64,000 bases of DNA from Candidatus Latescibacterota bacterium (GTDB lineage: Bacteria > Latescibacterota > UBA2968 > GCA-2709665): positions 5,592,477 through 5,656,476 of the forward strand of contig OZ252100.1 in assembly GCA_965248435.1 (NCBI GenBank), read 5' to 3'. Below are positions 35,380 to 44,873 of this stretch, one piece after another. Under the pieces are notes generated by a model. The model was not told the DNA's origin. It did not search any database and was given only the letters and a program-made list of their open reading frames with translations. A program made the translations under genes and the position numbers. How positions within the stretch are numbered: the stretch's first letter is position 1; each line of letters starts with the position of its first letter.

Positions 35380-37023
35380 ATGATGTTGTGCGGATTATAC
35401 ACAAGGGTTAGCACAGACCTTCAGGCTCTTAAGAAAGATTCCAGTCTGGATACTCAAGAAGATATTCTCAGGAAGTGGGTGGATGTAAAAGACCAAACTT
35501 CTACCGAAGATTGGAAGATAGTTAAGGTTTATAGAGAGGAAGGGAAGTCTGGGAAGAATACTGACAGAGATGAGTATCAAGAAATGCTTCAGGATATTTC
35601 GGAAGGAAGGGTGAATTGTGTTATCTGCACAAAAATCGATAGAATTTCTAGATCTTTAATGGACTTTTACCACTTCCACGAACTTGTAGAAGAACACCAA
35701 GGCACTTTTATCTCCCTAAGTGAGAGTTGGGATACCTCAACTCCAATGGGAAGATTTGCTTTGAAGATTACTTTAGCTGCTGCTGAGCTGGAAAGAGAGC
35801 AGACTTCAGACAGAACAAAAGAGAAAATGCAATGGAGAGCAGAGCAGGGATTGAGTAATGGGGGGCAAAAGCTTGGGTATAATCTTGACCCAAACAACAA
35901 GGGAATTCCAAAAGTTAATGAAGATGAAAAAGCTCTAGTCTTATTGATTTTCAACACCTATCTGAAAGAGGAAGGCTTTAAGTCCGCAGCAAGAGTTATC
36001 AATGAAAAAGGATGTAGAACAAAGGCATATGTTTCACGCAGAGGTAATGTTCGTGGAGGGAAGAAGTTTAACGACACAACCTTAGCTAGAATCTTGACAG
36101 ATGAATTTTACATCGGCCAAATAACCTACAATGGTGAAACTTTTGAAAGCCAGCACACCCCAATTGTTCCTCTGGAGCTGTGGGAGAAGGCTCAAGCCAA
36201 AATTAAAAGCAACAGAATTTTAGGAGCAAAAAAGAGAAAACAAAACCTACATCTATTCTTGCTTCAAGGATTAGTAAAATGTGGGAATTGTGGATCTTAT
36301 ATGTCACCCCATTATTCAATGAATCAGCAGAAAAAACCCTACTTCTATTATTCCTGCACTGATTATCGTCATAAAGGAAAAGACCAAGGGTGTGGGATAA
36401 AGCCAGTTCCAGCTCAGCCTCTGGAAGATTTGGTAGTTTCTCAATTACTAGAGCTGAAGAAGGATGAGGATTTGGTGGATGAGATTGTTGAGCGTGCAAC
36501 TACAGAATCTCAGAATTGCCTGAGGAACTTTGAGAAGGCTAAGGAATCTCTGCTGGCTAGGAAAAGAGATGTGGATGGGAAAATTGAATCTCTAGTTGAT
36601 GGACTTGCTGGAAGAAAAGTTGGGATTAAGGCAGTGAGCAGGAAATTACTTGAGCTAGAAGAGCAGCAAAGCCAGCTAGCTGCTGAAATCATCGAAGTAG
36701 AGGCGAAAATACGGACTTTTAGGAGAAACCTGGATGAAACCCGGGATTTTGGGAAAAGCCTTGTAACCTTCTCAGATGTGTTCAGAAGGGCTACTGGAAC
36801 ACATAAAAAAGAGCTGATTGGAATGCATCTCAATCAGCTCATATGGACTCCTGAAGAAATAAAGCTAGGATTTTTCCCATCCCTTAGGGGTCCTAAGCTG
36901 GGGACGGAAATTCAGCGAATACCTAGAAATGGTGACCCCGAGGGGAGTCGAACCCCCGTCTCCAGAGTGAGAGTCTGGTGTCCTAGGCCACTGAACGACG
37001 GGGTCACCTACCGTAACTGGTGA
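35380..37023 (+). CDS. Large serine recombinase (integrase)
   Basis: YTRVST, SG...DR, DRISR, recombinase domain, CGNC...C...C Zn ribbon, coiled coil. Confidence 0.95.
   Translation: MMLCGLYTRVSTDLQALKKDSSLDTQEDILRKWVDVKDQTSTEDWKIVKVYREEGKSGKNTDRDEYQEMLQDISEGRVNCVICTKIDRISRSLMDFYHFHELVEEHQGTFISLSESWDTSTPMGRFALKITLAAAELEREQTSDRTKEKMQWRAEQGLSNGGQKLGYNLDPNNKGIPKVNEDEKALVLLIFNTYLKEEGFKSAARVINEKGCRTKAYVSRRGNVRGGKKFNDTTLARILTDEFYIGQITYNGETFESQHTPIVPLELWEKAQAKIKSNRILGAKKRKQNLHLFLLQGLVKCGNCGSYMSPHYSMNQQKKPYFYYSCTDYRHKGKDQGCGIKPVPAQPLEDLVVSQLLELKKDEDLVDEIVERATTESQNCLRNFEKAKESLLARKRDVDGKIESLVDGLAGRKVGIKAVSRKLLELEEQQSQLAAEIIEVEAKIRTFRRNLDETRDFGKSLVTFSDVFRRATGTHKKELIGMHLNQLIWTPEEIKLGFFPSLRGPKLGTEIQRIPRNGDPEGSRTPVSRVRVWCPRPLNDGVTYRNW
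36930..37005 (-). tRNA. tRNA-Glu(CTC)
   Basis: Cloverleaf GACCCCG...CCAGA-CTCTCAC-TCTGG...GGTTCGACTCC...CGGGGTC-A-CCA; TTGACG-17-TAGATT promoter at 37025-37053. Confidence 0.97.
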
Positions 37024-37066
37024 AAATCTAGTAAATTACCCAAAGAGCGTCAAGAATTATCCCTGC

Positions 37067-37438
37067 TCAGTCGCGCGGTGGCACTGCGCAGAGGAAGCCG
37101 AACGGCTCGTCTCCGATGTTCTCGAACTGGTGCCGTTCGTTGGGGGGAATGTAGATCACGTCCCCCACGGAGACCTCCACGACTTCCCGGCCCACCAACA
37201 CCCTGGCTGTGCCCCTAAGGACGTAGACGCCGTGGTCGTGGTCGTGCACGTCGAAAGAAGTTTGACCTCCGTATCGGACCTCGTAGTAGCGCAGGCTGAA
37301 GTTTTTGGCACCTTCCCGCCGGCCGATCACGACGCAACGGGTCCCACCGACAGCCCCTCCATTCTCGTAGTTCTCGACCGGCACATTCTCCCATTCAAAC
37401 CGTCCTTCCTTGCCCACAAATCGATGGAGCACGCCCAT
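37067..37438 (-). CDS. Cupin domain protein
   Basis: DVHDHDHGVYVLRG...GDVIYIPPNERHQF; start refined to ATG 37438 (GGAGG SD). Confidence 0.9.
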   Translation of the reverse strand: MGVLHRFVGKEGRFEWENVPVENYENGGAVGGTRCVVIGRREGAKNFSLRYYEVRYGGQTSFDVHDHDHGVYVLRGTARVLVGREVVEVSVGDVIYIPPNERHQFENIGDEPFGFLCAVPPRD

Positions 37439-37535
37439 TGAACCTCCGTGTCCTTGCGGCATCGGTATGTTTGCGTACCCTGATACCCGGTCGAAAAAAG
37501 AGAGGCTACGAGCGGACCCGTAACCTCTTCCGAGA

Positions 37536-37612
37536 TGGTGCGGATGCCAGGATTCGAACCCGGAACCGTCTGATCCGTAGTCAGGTGCTCTATCCAGTTG
37601 AGCTACATCCGC
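37536..37612 (-). tRNA. tRNA-Arg(ACG)
   Basis: GCGGATG TAGCTC...CTACGGA loop...GGTTCGAATCC...CATCCGC-A-CCA; TTGACA promoter upstream. Confidence 0.96.
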
Positions 37613-37762
37613 TTCGAGGGCTAAGATAAGCAAAAGTCCACCTGGCTGTCAAGCCACGGGAAGCTGCGTGGGGCTTGATTATGTTATCCTATGTGTTACT
37701 TTGGTATAGGATGGCGGACGCGATTGGAATGGGTGCGGTTTCGTTTTCGGGTAGAGGATGAT

Positions 37763-39889
37763 ATGGATCGAGATGGGGGCACTTATACCTGTCCCATGCA
37801 CCCTGAGGTTGTGCTGGACATTCCCGGATCCTGCCCGAGGTGCGGCATGGGGCTGGAACCCACGGAGGTAACCGAGGAAGATCCGAAGAGTCCTGAACTC
37901 CTGGACATGACGCGCCGTTTCTGGGTGTGTCTCGCGCTGACGGCGCCTGTTTTCGTTCTGGCCATGTCGGATATGATTCCCGGATGGATTGAGCGCACTA
38001 TTCAGGGATCTTTTTTACTGTGGATTCAGCTCGTATTGGCAACACCAGTCGTGTTTTGGGGGGGCCTTCCCTTTTTCCAACGGGGCCTCGATTCCGTACG
38101 AACCTGGAGCCTGAATATGTTCACGCTGATCGCAATCGGGGTCGGCGTCGCCTACACCTACAGTTCGGTCGCCTTGCTCGTTCCGGAGATCTTCCCAGGG
38201 GCTTTTCGTGGTCCCGATGGTAGGGTCGCAGTCTACTTCGAGGCGGCCGCGGTCATTACGACCCTGGTGCTCCTTGGACAGGTGCTGGAATTGCGCGCAC
38301 GCAGCCGAACCAGTGGAGCGATCCGGTCGCTCTTGAGCCTCGCGCCCAAGACCGCGCGCGTCATCAGGGATAACGGAGCTGAGGATGACGTCTTGCTGGA
38401 GTCTGTCGAGCCGGGAGACCGGCTCAGGGTCCGTCCAGGAGAGCAGATACCCGTTGACGGTGTCACGATCGAGGGGTCAAGCACCGTGGATGAGTCGATG
38501 TTGACAGGGGAGTCCGTTCCCGTAGATAAGGGGCCCGGGAGCAAAGTGATAGGTGCGACGATGAACGGAGGAGGCACACTGGTCGTCAGGGCTGAACGCG
38601 TGGGCAGGGACACAGTCCTGGCCCAGATCGTGAGAATGGTTACTGAGGCTCAACGCAGCCGAGCTCCGATTCAGCGTGTGGCTGACGTGGCATCATCTTA
38701 CTTTGTGCCTTCGGTCGTCGCCGCTTCGGTCGTTACCTTCATTGTGTGGGCTGTTCTCGGACCCGAGCCGTGGCTGGCACATTCCCTGGTCAATGCCGTA
38801 GCGGTACTCATCATTGCCTGTCCCTGCGCCATTGGACTGGCTACGCCGGTGTCGATCATGGTTGGCGTGGGACGTGGGGCAACTGCCGGTGTCCTGGTAA
38901 AGGACGCAGAAGCGCTGGAGACGATGGAGCGCGTGGACACGCTTGTCGTGGACAAGACAGGAACGCTCACTTCTGGTGGTCCTCGACTGACGGCAATCGT
39001 ATCGGTGGATGACGAGCACGAAACGGAATGGGTTAAACTGGCTGCAAGCCTCGAGCAGGGGAGCGAGCATCCCGTTGCTCGCGCCATCGTGAGTGGCGTC
39101 AAAGAGAGGGGATTCGCGCTGGCTGAATACAAGGATTTTCAATCCATTCCGGGTAAGGGGATCGACGGAAGAGTCGATGGTAAGCGAGTCGTAGTCGGAA
39201 GTTCTGGGCTCCTGATGGAAAGGAGTATCGATTGGAGTGCCTTGGATGAGCGGGCGGAGTCACTCGGGAGAGAGGGACAGACCGTCGTGTTCGCAACCGT
39301 CGATGGTCGACTCGTCGGCCTGCTGGCGGTCTCCGATCCGATCAAGGATTCGACGATTCCCGCGATTACAGATCTGCGTGAGGATGGCATACGCATCATT
39401 ATGCTTACGGGAGACAATCGATTTACGGCAGAGGCTGTGGCCAATCGGATTGGGATCGAGGAAGTGAGAGCGGAGGTACTCCCGGATGAGAAAGTCCAGG
39501 TCGTGAAACGTCTTCAGGCGGAAGGTCAGGTGGTTGCCATGGTGGGAGACGGAATCAATGATGCACCCGCACTGGCGTCCGCAGACGTAGGGATCGCCAT
39601 GGGCACGGGAACCGATATCGCAATGGATAGCGCAGGGATAACGCTTTTGAAAGGTGATCTGCAAGGCGTCACGAGAGCTCGCAAACTCAGTCGCCGAACG
39701 ATGCGAAACATTCGGCAGAATCTGTTCCTGGCCTTCGTCTACAACGGGTTCGGGATTCCGCTTGCAGCAGGGGTGCTCTATCCGGCGTTTGGGTTACTGC
39801 TCAGCCCCATGATCGCCAGTGTGGCGATGACATTGAGTTCATTGTCTGTTCTAAGCAATGCCCTGCGGATCGCGAGGTTAGAGTTGTGA
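37763..39889 (+). CDS. copA: Cu(I)-translocating P1B-type ATPase
   Basis: [35 protein letters not shown], MxxSS. Confidence 0.95.
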   Translation: MDRDGGTYTCPMHPEVVLDIPGSCPRCGMGLEPTEVTEEDPKSPELLDMTRRFWVCLALTAPVFVLAMSDMIPGWIERTIQGSFLLWIQLVLATPVVFWGGLPFFQRGLDSVRTWSLNMFTLIAIGVGVAYTYSSVALLVPEIFPGAFRGPDGRVAVYFEAAAVITTLVLLGQVLELRARSRTSGAIRSLLSLAPKTARVIRDNGAEDDVLLESVEPGDRLRVRPGEQIPVDGVTIEGSSTVDESMLTGESVPVDKGPGSKVIGATMNGGGTLVVRAERVGRDTVLAQIVRMVTEAQRSRAPIQRVADVASSYFVPSVVAASVVTFIVWAVLGPEPWLAHSLVNAVAVLIIACPCAIGLATPVSIMVGVGRGATAGVLVKDAEALETMERVDTLVVDKTGTLTSGGPRLTAIVSVDDEHETEWVKLAASLEQGSEHPVARAIVSGVKERGFALAEYKDFQSIPGKGIDGRVDGKRVVVGSSGLLMERSIDWSALDERAESLGREGQTVVFATVDGRLVGLLAVSDPIKDSTIPAITDLREDGIRIIMLTGDNRFTAEAVANRIGIEEVRAEVLPDEKVQVVKRLQAEGQVVAMVGDGINDAPALASADVGIAMGTGTDIAMDSAGITLLKGDLQGVTRARKLSRRTMRNIRQNLFLAFVYNGFGIPLAAGVLYPAFGLLLSPMIASVAMTLSSLSVLSNALRIARLEL

Positions 39890-39947
39890 CCGATAGTGGG
39901 AAGTTTCCTTGTCTCGGATGAAGGTTCATCAGAGAGATTCCAGCTAA

Positions 39948-39979
39948 AAAGGGGCAGCGCTCGAAAGCGCTGCCCCTTT
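39948..39979. terminator. Bidirectional intrinsic terminator
   Basis: AAAGGGGCAGCGCT-CGAA-AGCGCTGCCCCTTT between convergent genes. Confidence 0.85.
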
Positions 39980-40003
39980 CTGTTCGTTGCCACGATGCCA
40001 GCC

Positions 40004-40432
40004 CTATTCCAACTGTGGTTTTATGAGGTCGGTGATCCGGATCGCGAGATTGTCTCCTACCACCACGACTTCCCCCCGGCCGAAGAGGCGGCCATTTACC
40101 ATAATCTCCATCGGCTGGCCCGATAGCTTGCGGGTTTCAACGATGGATCCCTCTCTCCAATCCGTGACTTCACCCACCGACATGTTCACTCGGCCGAGTT
40201 CAATCGAAATGTGGAGTGAGACATCGTCGTAGCGGTCTACGTTCTTATCGGCATCCAGTTCCCCTGCCGCTTTGAGTTGATCGAATCTCAGCAGCTGGAC
40301 GTCGGCAGTTTGGTTGTGGGCTCCTTCAACAGGCAGCTCGGATTCAACGCTGGATTCAGATTCAACTTGGGGCTCGGATTCAGCGATGGGCTCAGATTCT
40401 TGCGGTTCTTTGGGCTCTTCTGATTCTGACAT
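40004..40432 (-). CDS. fliN: FliN/SpoA-domain protein
   Basis: DVSLHISIELGR...IMVNGRLFGRGEVVVV...AIRIT. Confidence 0.85.
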   Translation of the reverse strand: MSESEEPKEPQESEPIAESEPQVESESSVESELPVEGAHNQTADVQLLRFDQLKAAGELDADKNVDRYDDVSLHISIELGRVNMSVGEVTDWREGSIVETRKLSGQPMEIMVNGRLFGRGEVVVVGDNLAIRITDLIKPQLE

Positions 40433-40503
40433 GATCCTCTCGTTCGGTTTGGTGGTCAATGAGTTGGCATATTATATCTCGGATTCTGAGCAGATGCTCC
40501 GCT

Positions 40504-40830
40504 CTAGGTGTTCAAGCCGCCCAATTTTTCCAGAATTGCCTCTTTGGACGGCAAGCCCCGTAGCGACGCGATCGACTTTCCGTTTCTCGCGGCCTCCAGT
40601 GTTGGGATTGTCCGTATGTGCTGTCGCTTCACGATTGCTTCTTCCATATCTGTATTTACGCTAAAGAATTCAACCTGGCCCTTGGATTCAGACGCAACCT
40701 CCCGGACAATTTTCTCCAATTCCTGGCAGGGCTTGCACCATTTCGCGTAGTAGTAGACCAGCAGAAGCCCTTCATTTTCGAGGACTTTTGAGCTGAAATC
40801 GTCCGCAGTGATTTCTGTGATATCTGCCAC
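40504..40830 (-). CDS. Thioredoxin
   Basis: WCKPC; IPT cis-Pro loop. Confidence 0.9.
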   Translation of the reverse strand: MADITEITADDFSSKVLENEGLLLVYYYAKWCKPCQELEKIVREVASESKGQVEFFSVNTDMEEAIVKRQHIRTIPTLEAARNGKSIASLRGLPSKEAILEKLGGLNT

Positions 40831-40833
40831 GAT

Positions 40834-41352
40834 TCAATAGAGAAAGATATTGTCGTTTTTGGACTGGTCCGAACCCGGTTGAGTAACCTGGGCACGTAAC
40901 TTTTCAATTTCGGCATTCGTGTCATAGAGTTTGTTGGACAGGGTCTTGACAAGATTCAACAAGATCTTACGACAGACGCCACTGTCGGCGATGAAGAGGC
41001 TGATCAGCGCCTCCTTGGTAATCACGAATCCGACTGCTTCTTCCAAAGCAACGACATCCGCCGATCGCGGCTGATCCGTAAGCACGCCCATCTCGCCAAC
41101 GATCCCGATCGGGGAAATGTAAGCGATGTCTACGCCAGCTTTTGACTTGGCCACCAGCTGGCCATCGAGGAGGATGAATAGATCGTCGCTGGCTGCACCG
41201 AACTTGTAGATGACTTCATCAGCCTGAAACTTGCTGAAAGTACATATTTCATAGATCTTTCCGAGCTCATTATCTTCCAACCGGTCAAATACAGGAATCG
41301 CCTTGAGATGGGAAAGAATTTGCTGCTGAACCGCCTCCGAGGACTCTTCCAT
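40834..41352 (-). CDS. Cyclic-nucleotide-binding domain protein
   Basis: GEMGVL..PRSADV. Confidence 0.88.
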   Translation of the reverse strand: MEESSEAVQQQILSHLKAIPVFDRLEDNELGKIYEICTFSKFQADEVIYKFGAASDDLFILLDGQLVAKSKAGVDIAYISPIGIVGEMGVLTDQPRSADVVALEEAVGFVITKEALISLFIADSGVCRKILLNLVKTLSNKLYDTNAEIEKLRAQVTQPGSDQSKNDNIFLY

Positions 41353-41557
41353 AGGGTCTCCAGGGGAAAGAGGAGAATTCAACAAAAACTTTCTTAATAT
41401 TAAGCAAAAAGATGTGATGCGTCAACAAAGGAGGCGTTGTCCCTGATCGCTTCCTGTGGTAAGGGAATTCGTTTGACTTAGGCGTAAAGTCTCGCGTATT
41501 TTGCGTTTGCGGCTAGACGTGAGGAGCTCAGACTGTCAGGATCGGAGGGAGATTAGG

Positions 41558-41791
41558 ATGGAGAAGATTATGACCGAGGAAGGGCTGAAGGAGAAGGCCG
41601 TTGTCTATCTCAGAGATGCGTACGGGGAGGATACGGTATCCATGGAGGTTATCGAGAATGGGATCCAAGACGGCGATGGGGTGCTGCACGTGGATTGCAC
41701 CGTGAGTGTTGGCGGCGATCACTCGGATTGGACGAAGTGGTTCACTTTCAAGGGTGGAGAGGTGGAAAGTATGCGCTGGCAGGCGAGGTAA
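41558..41791 (+). CDS. Hypothetical protein
   Basis: GGAGG SD; 77 aa. Confidence 0.65.
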   Translation: MEKIMTEEGLKEKAVVYLRDAYGEDTVSMEVIENGIQDGDGVLHVDCTVSVGGDHSDWTKWFTFKGGEVESMRWQAR

Positions 41792-41960
41792 GCGAACATA
41801 GAATAGCAGATATTTCTGGGCCTATCCTCTTGATGTGGATAGGCTTTGTTTGATTTGCACACGCAGCAAAAGATGTGTGACAATGGGTCCTGCTCCAGTG
41901 TGGAAATCACGAAGTGTTGGTTCAGGGCGTTATAATATTGAGTCGAGAAGTCGACTGACA

Positions 41961-42018
41961 GCCTAACTCGTCGCTGCAACTCACTGCGTTTTCGCAGCGA
42001 TGTGAGTTGCAGTTGTAT
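41961..42018. repeat. 58-bp palindromic element, attC-like
   Basis: GCCTAAC...CTGCAACTCAC/GTGAGTTGCAG stem...GTTGTAT. Confidence 0.35.
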
Positions 42019-42085
42019 TTGTCACTCGATGCGGCAGTGTATCCGGCGCTTCGGGTAGCAGACCAATGATGAAGCATGGGTAGCA

Positions 42086-43507
42086 ATGAGACTCTTAATA
42101 TTCGGCATCGCCATTGGCGTCGCACTGCTAGTTTGGCGGGGGCAAAACGCAACAAAGATCTCCCACGATGATGGTATTTCGTATCTTGCAGCAACAGGGC
42201 ACCAGGCACGTTACACTGGTCCTCTGCTTAACGTTCCTTTCCACGCCTTCACTGCATTTGCAATCTTTCTCGCGTGTCGTCTCCTTTGCTGCTCGCCTCA
42301 TGCCAGCGCAACGGCGGGAGTCCTCTGGCTAATGAGCGGGTCAACCTTGTCCGTGGCGGGCAGTACCCGGCCGTACAGCTTTCTTGCCTTGTCATCGGCA
42401 TGTTTTCTTGTCAGCCTGCTGTACTTCCTGTCTCATCCTTCCTGGCGGCGGACTGTCTTGCTTTTCGCCTCGATCACAGCAGGTGTCCTCGTTCATTATC
42501 ATTTCCCGCTTCTGTTGGGGGCATGCTTGGCGGTTGCGAGCCTGTCTAACATCGGAAAGAAGGCCTGGCGAACACTCGTGTGGCTTGGCGCATCACTGTG
42601 TTCTGCAAGCATTCTCTTTTTTGCAGTGCACCCCACATTCTATGTCTCTCTAATAAGGCAGCAGGACCAAACCCAACCATTTAGTTGGGCTGATGTCCCT
42701 ACGCGTGCGTCACGGTGTATTTACACACTTCTCGAGAACTTCGTGCCCCATAGGTATGTCTATTTCCTTGGACCTCTGCTGGCTCGGTATTGGTTGATGG
42801 TCCTCATCGCAGTGATCATTGCTCTTCTAATAGCTGCCTTCCTAATGCGTGGTAAGATCATGCAATTCCGCATACGACGGCTTTCTGGTATCGAATATTT
42901 GCCGACGATAGGACTGTCTCTGAGCATTGGTGCACTGTGGGTTCTGTATTTGTCGTTTCTGAGTCCTCGCCACGCCATGGGTCCAAAGTATCTGATGCTT
43001 GTCTCTCCTCTTCTGTTTGTGGTTGTAGGGCAACTCTTTGAGGGGTTCAGAAATAGGAGGCCGTCACTAGCAGCAATTCTTACCATTCTCCTTCTCGTTT
43101 GGCAAACCGCTTATGGCACTCTGGGAACCGTTCATTTTATAAGGGAGGCAAAGAAACGGGGTACACCTCCGCGAATACTTGAAACGAGTAGAACACCGGT
43201 GATACTCGACTCCGTAGCGCGTGGAGTTCTTTCAACGATCATATGGCACGTACACCCTGAGACCCCTGTCTTTGCATCGAGGCAGAATCAGCTAGGTAGT
43301 CACTTCTCAGAGCTCGTAGCGCATGACGTCTTGTTCTACGTAAGTGACGATCGCTACGGCAACACCGCAGAAGGAAAGCGTGTCGTGCTGCGGTCCTTTG
43401 CCGACCGTGGCTATGAGATCGATTTGTTGGAAGGAGGAGTTGCGGGAATCGGCGAGCTTTATGAACTAAAAAGGCTGCTGAACAATACGAGAAAGAATGC
43501 ACCCTAG
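42086..43507 (+). CDS. Polytopic membrane protein, GT-C (ArnT/PMT-like) glycosyltransferase-like
   Basis: HDDGISY early acidic motif, RPYS, HYH, many TMs. Confidence 0.6.
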   Translation: MRLLIFGIAIGVALLVWRGQNATKISHDDGISYLAATGHQARYTGPLLNVPFHAFTAFAIFLACRLLCCSPHASATAGVLWLMSGSTLSVAGSTRPYSFLALSSACFLVSLLYFLSHPSWRRTVLLFASITAGVLVHYHFPLLLGACLAVASLSNIGKKAWRTLVWLGASLCSASILFFAVHPTFYVSLIRQQDQTQPFSWADVPTRASRCIYTLLENFVPHRYVYFLGPLLARYWLMVLIAVIIALLIAAFLMRGKIMQFRIRRLSGIEYLPTIGLSLSIGALWVLYLSFLSPRHAMGPKYLMLVSPLLFVVVGQLFEGFRNRRPSLAAILTILLLVWQTAYGTLGTVHFIREAKKRGTPPRILETSRTPVILDSVARGVLSTIIWHVHPETPVFASRQNQLGSHFSELVAHDVLFYVSDDRYGNTAEGKRVVLRSFADRGYEIDLLEGGVAGIGELYELKRLLNNTRKNAP

Positions 43508-43814
43508 AGCGCGACGAAAGCGCTATCGGCTGCACCTCAGCGTAGCCGATTGGTTCTTGTGCCGGGGCTACCTCGAATTGCCGTTGTTAGAACGACAATA
43601 ATTGGTTGTGAAGGGGGGGAAATCTTGCTGAAATTGTACTCTATTTTGAATCTATCGATTATATTCGTAGGGTTCAACTATAAACAAAAGGACGACATTT
43701 CTTTGAGCCTTTTTGGTAGATACAAAGCTGCATATTGAGGATTTCGATAACCAGATGTGTGCAGAAGCAAGCAAATCATTCGAATACTTGGCTAACTGAA
43801 AGCGGAGGATTCAT

Positions 43815-44873
43815 ATGGAAAATTCTGCCTATCGCGCAGTGATCATTGGACTCACGGGCATCGGCTCCCGACGGCCCGAAGAAGATACGATTCCTGTTTA
43901 CGGGCCCCATCCGAGTTCACACGCGGGCGCCTATTGGAGACATCCCAGGACGGAGGTCGCGGCTGTCTGTGACCTCCGGCAGGAGGCGCTGACCGAATTC
44001 AAGGAGCGTTGGAGCGACGTCTGGCCCGAAGTCGGGCTCTACGCGGACTACCGCGAGATGCTGAAGAAAGAGCAGCCAGATCTGGTGAGTGTAGTCACCT
44101 CAGATCACTTCCACGCTGATATTACTGTCGCGGCCGCAGAACTCGGGGCGCGCGGAATTTTCTGCGAGAAACCAATCGCGACGCGCCTCGAGGACGCCGA
44201 TCGGATGATTGCCGCTGCGGAAGCGAACGGCGTCTGTCTTTCAGTGGACCACACGCGACGATGGTATCCTTCGCACTTACAGGCACGGGAAATCATTCGG
44301 AGCGGAGAGATTGGCGAACTCCGAACGATTGTATGCGATATGTGTGCTCCGCGTGCCATGCTGTTCCGAAACGGAACGCACATGATCGACATGATCTGTT
44401 TCTATGCTGGGTCAGCGGCAAGGTGGGTTGTGGGTGACCTGGAAGAGGGATTTGAAGAGTTTACGGAATACAAGGCCGGTGGCGGAAAGGTTGCCGAGGA
44501 GGATCCGCATGCATCTGCCTATATCAAATTCGAAAACGGCGTTCGCGCCTTCTTGAATGCCTACAAAGTGGATTTTCACCCTGATTCAACATTTACGATG
44601 ACTTGCGACACCGGCAGAGTTGTGGCTTTGGATAGCAGTGTCTCCTTGATCAGGAGTCGCGAAAGACAACAGGACACAACTCCGATCAAACAAAGGGGTT
44701 ATTCACAGGCCTATCAGACAGCCGCTTTGACTGAGATGATTGATGTGATCGAGAATGGAGGGGCGTTGATTTCTGACGGGAGAGAAGCTCGAAAAACTCT
44801 GGAGATCATGCTGGGGATACTGAAATCGCACGAGGAGGGGAATCGCCGCGTGGACTTCCCAATTTCGGATTAG
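43815..44873 (+). CDS. Gfo/Idh/MocA oxidoreductase
   Basis: Rossmann N-terminus, CEKP, GTH.ID. Confidence 0.92.
   Translation: MENSAYRAVIIGLTGIGSRRPEEDTIPVYGPHPSSHAGAYWRHPRTEVAAVCDLRQEALTEFKERWSDVWPEVGLYADYREMLKKEQPDLVSVVTSDHFHADITVAAAELGARGIFCEKPIATRLEDADRMIAAAEANGVCLSVDHTRRWYPSHLQAREIIRSGEIGELRTIVCDMCAPRAMLFRNGTHMIDMICFYAGSAARWVVGDLEEGFEEFTEYKAGGGKVAEEDPHASAYIKFENGVRAFLNAYKVDFHPDSTFTMTCDTGRVVALDSSVSLIRSRERQQDTTPIKQRGYSQAYQTAALTEMIDVIENGGALISDGREARKTLEIMLGILKSHEEGNRRVDFPISD

Larger units (their letters stand above)
1..36929. mobile_element. Integrated genomic island (ICE/IME-like) at the 3' end of tRNA-Glu; left boundary outside the window
   Basis: Abrupt shift from AT-rich to GC-rich sequence at the tRNA (judged by eye); terminal large serine recombinase; second (tyrosine) recombinase, RadC, DUF6876-like gene, HerA-like ATPases, IS elements and many hypothetical ORFs. 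Confidence 0.85.

Noticed and set aside
1-36929. Prophage interpretation
   Set aside because: No recognisable terminase, portal, capsid, tail or lysis genes in the window
37439-37633. N-terminal extension of the cupin ORF
   Set aside because: Overlaps tRNA-Arg; the real start is ATG 37438 with a GGAGG SD
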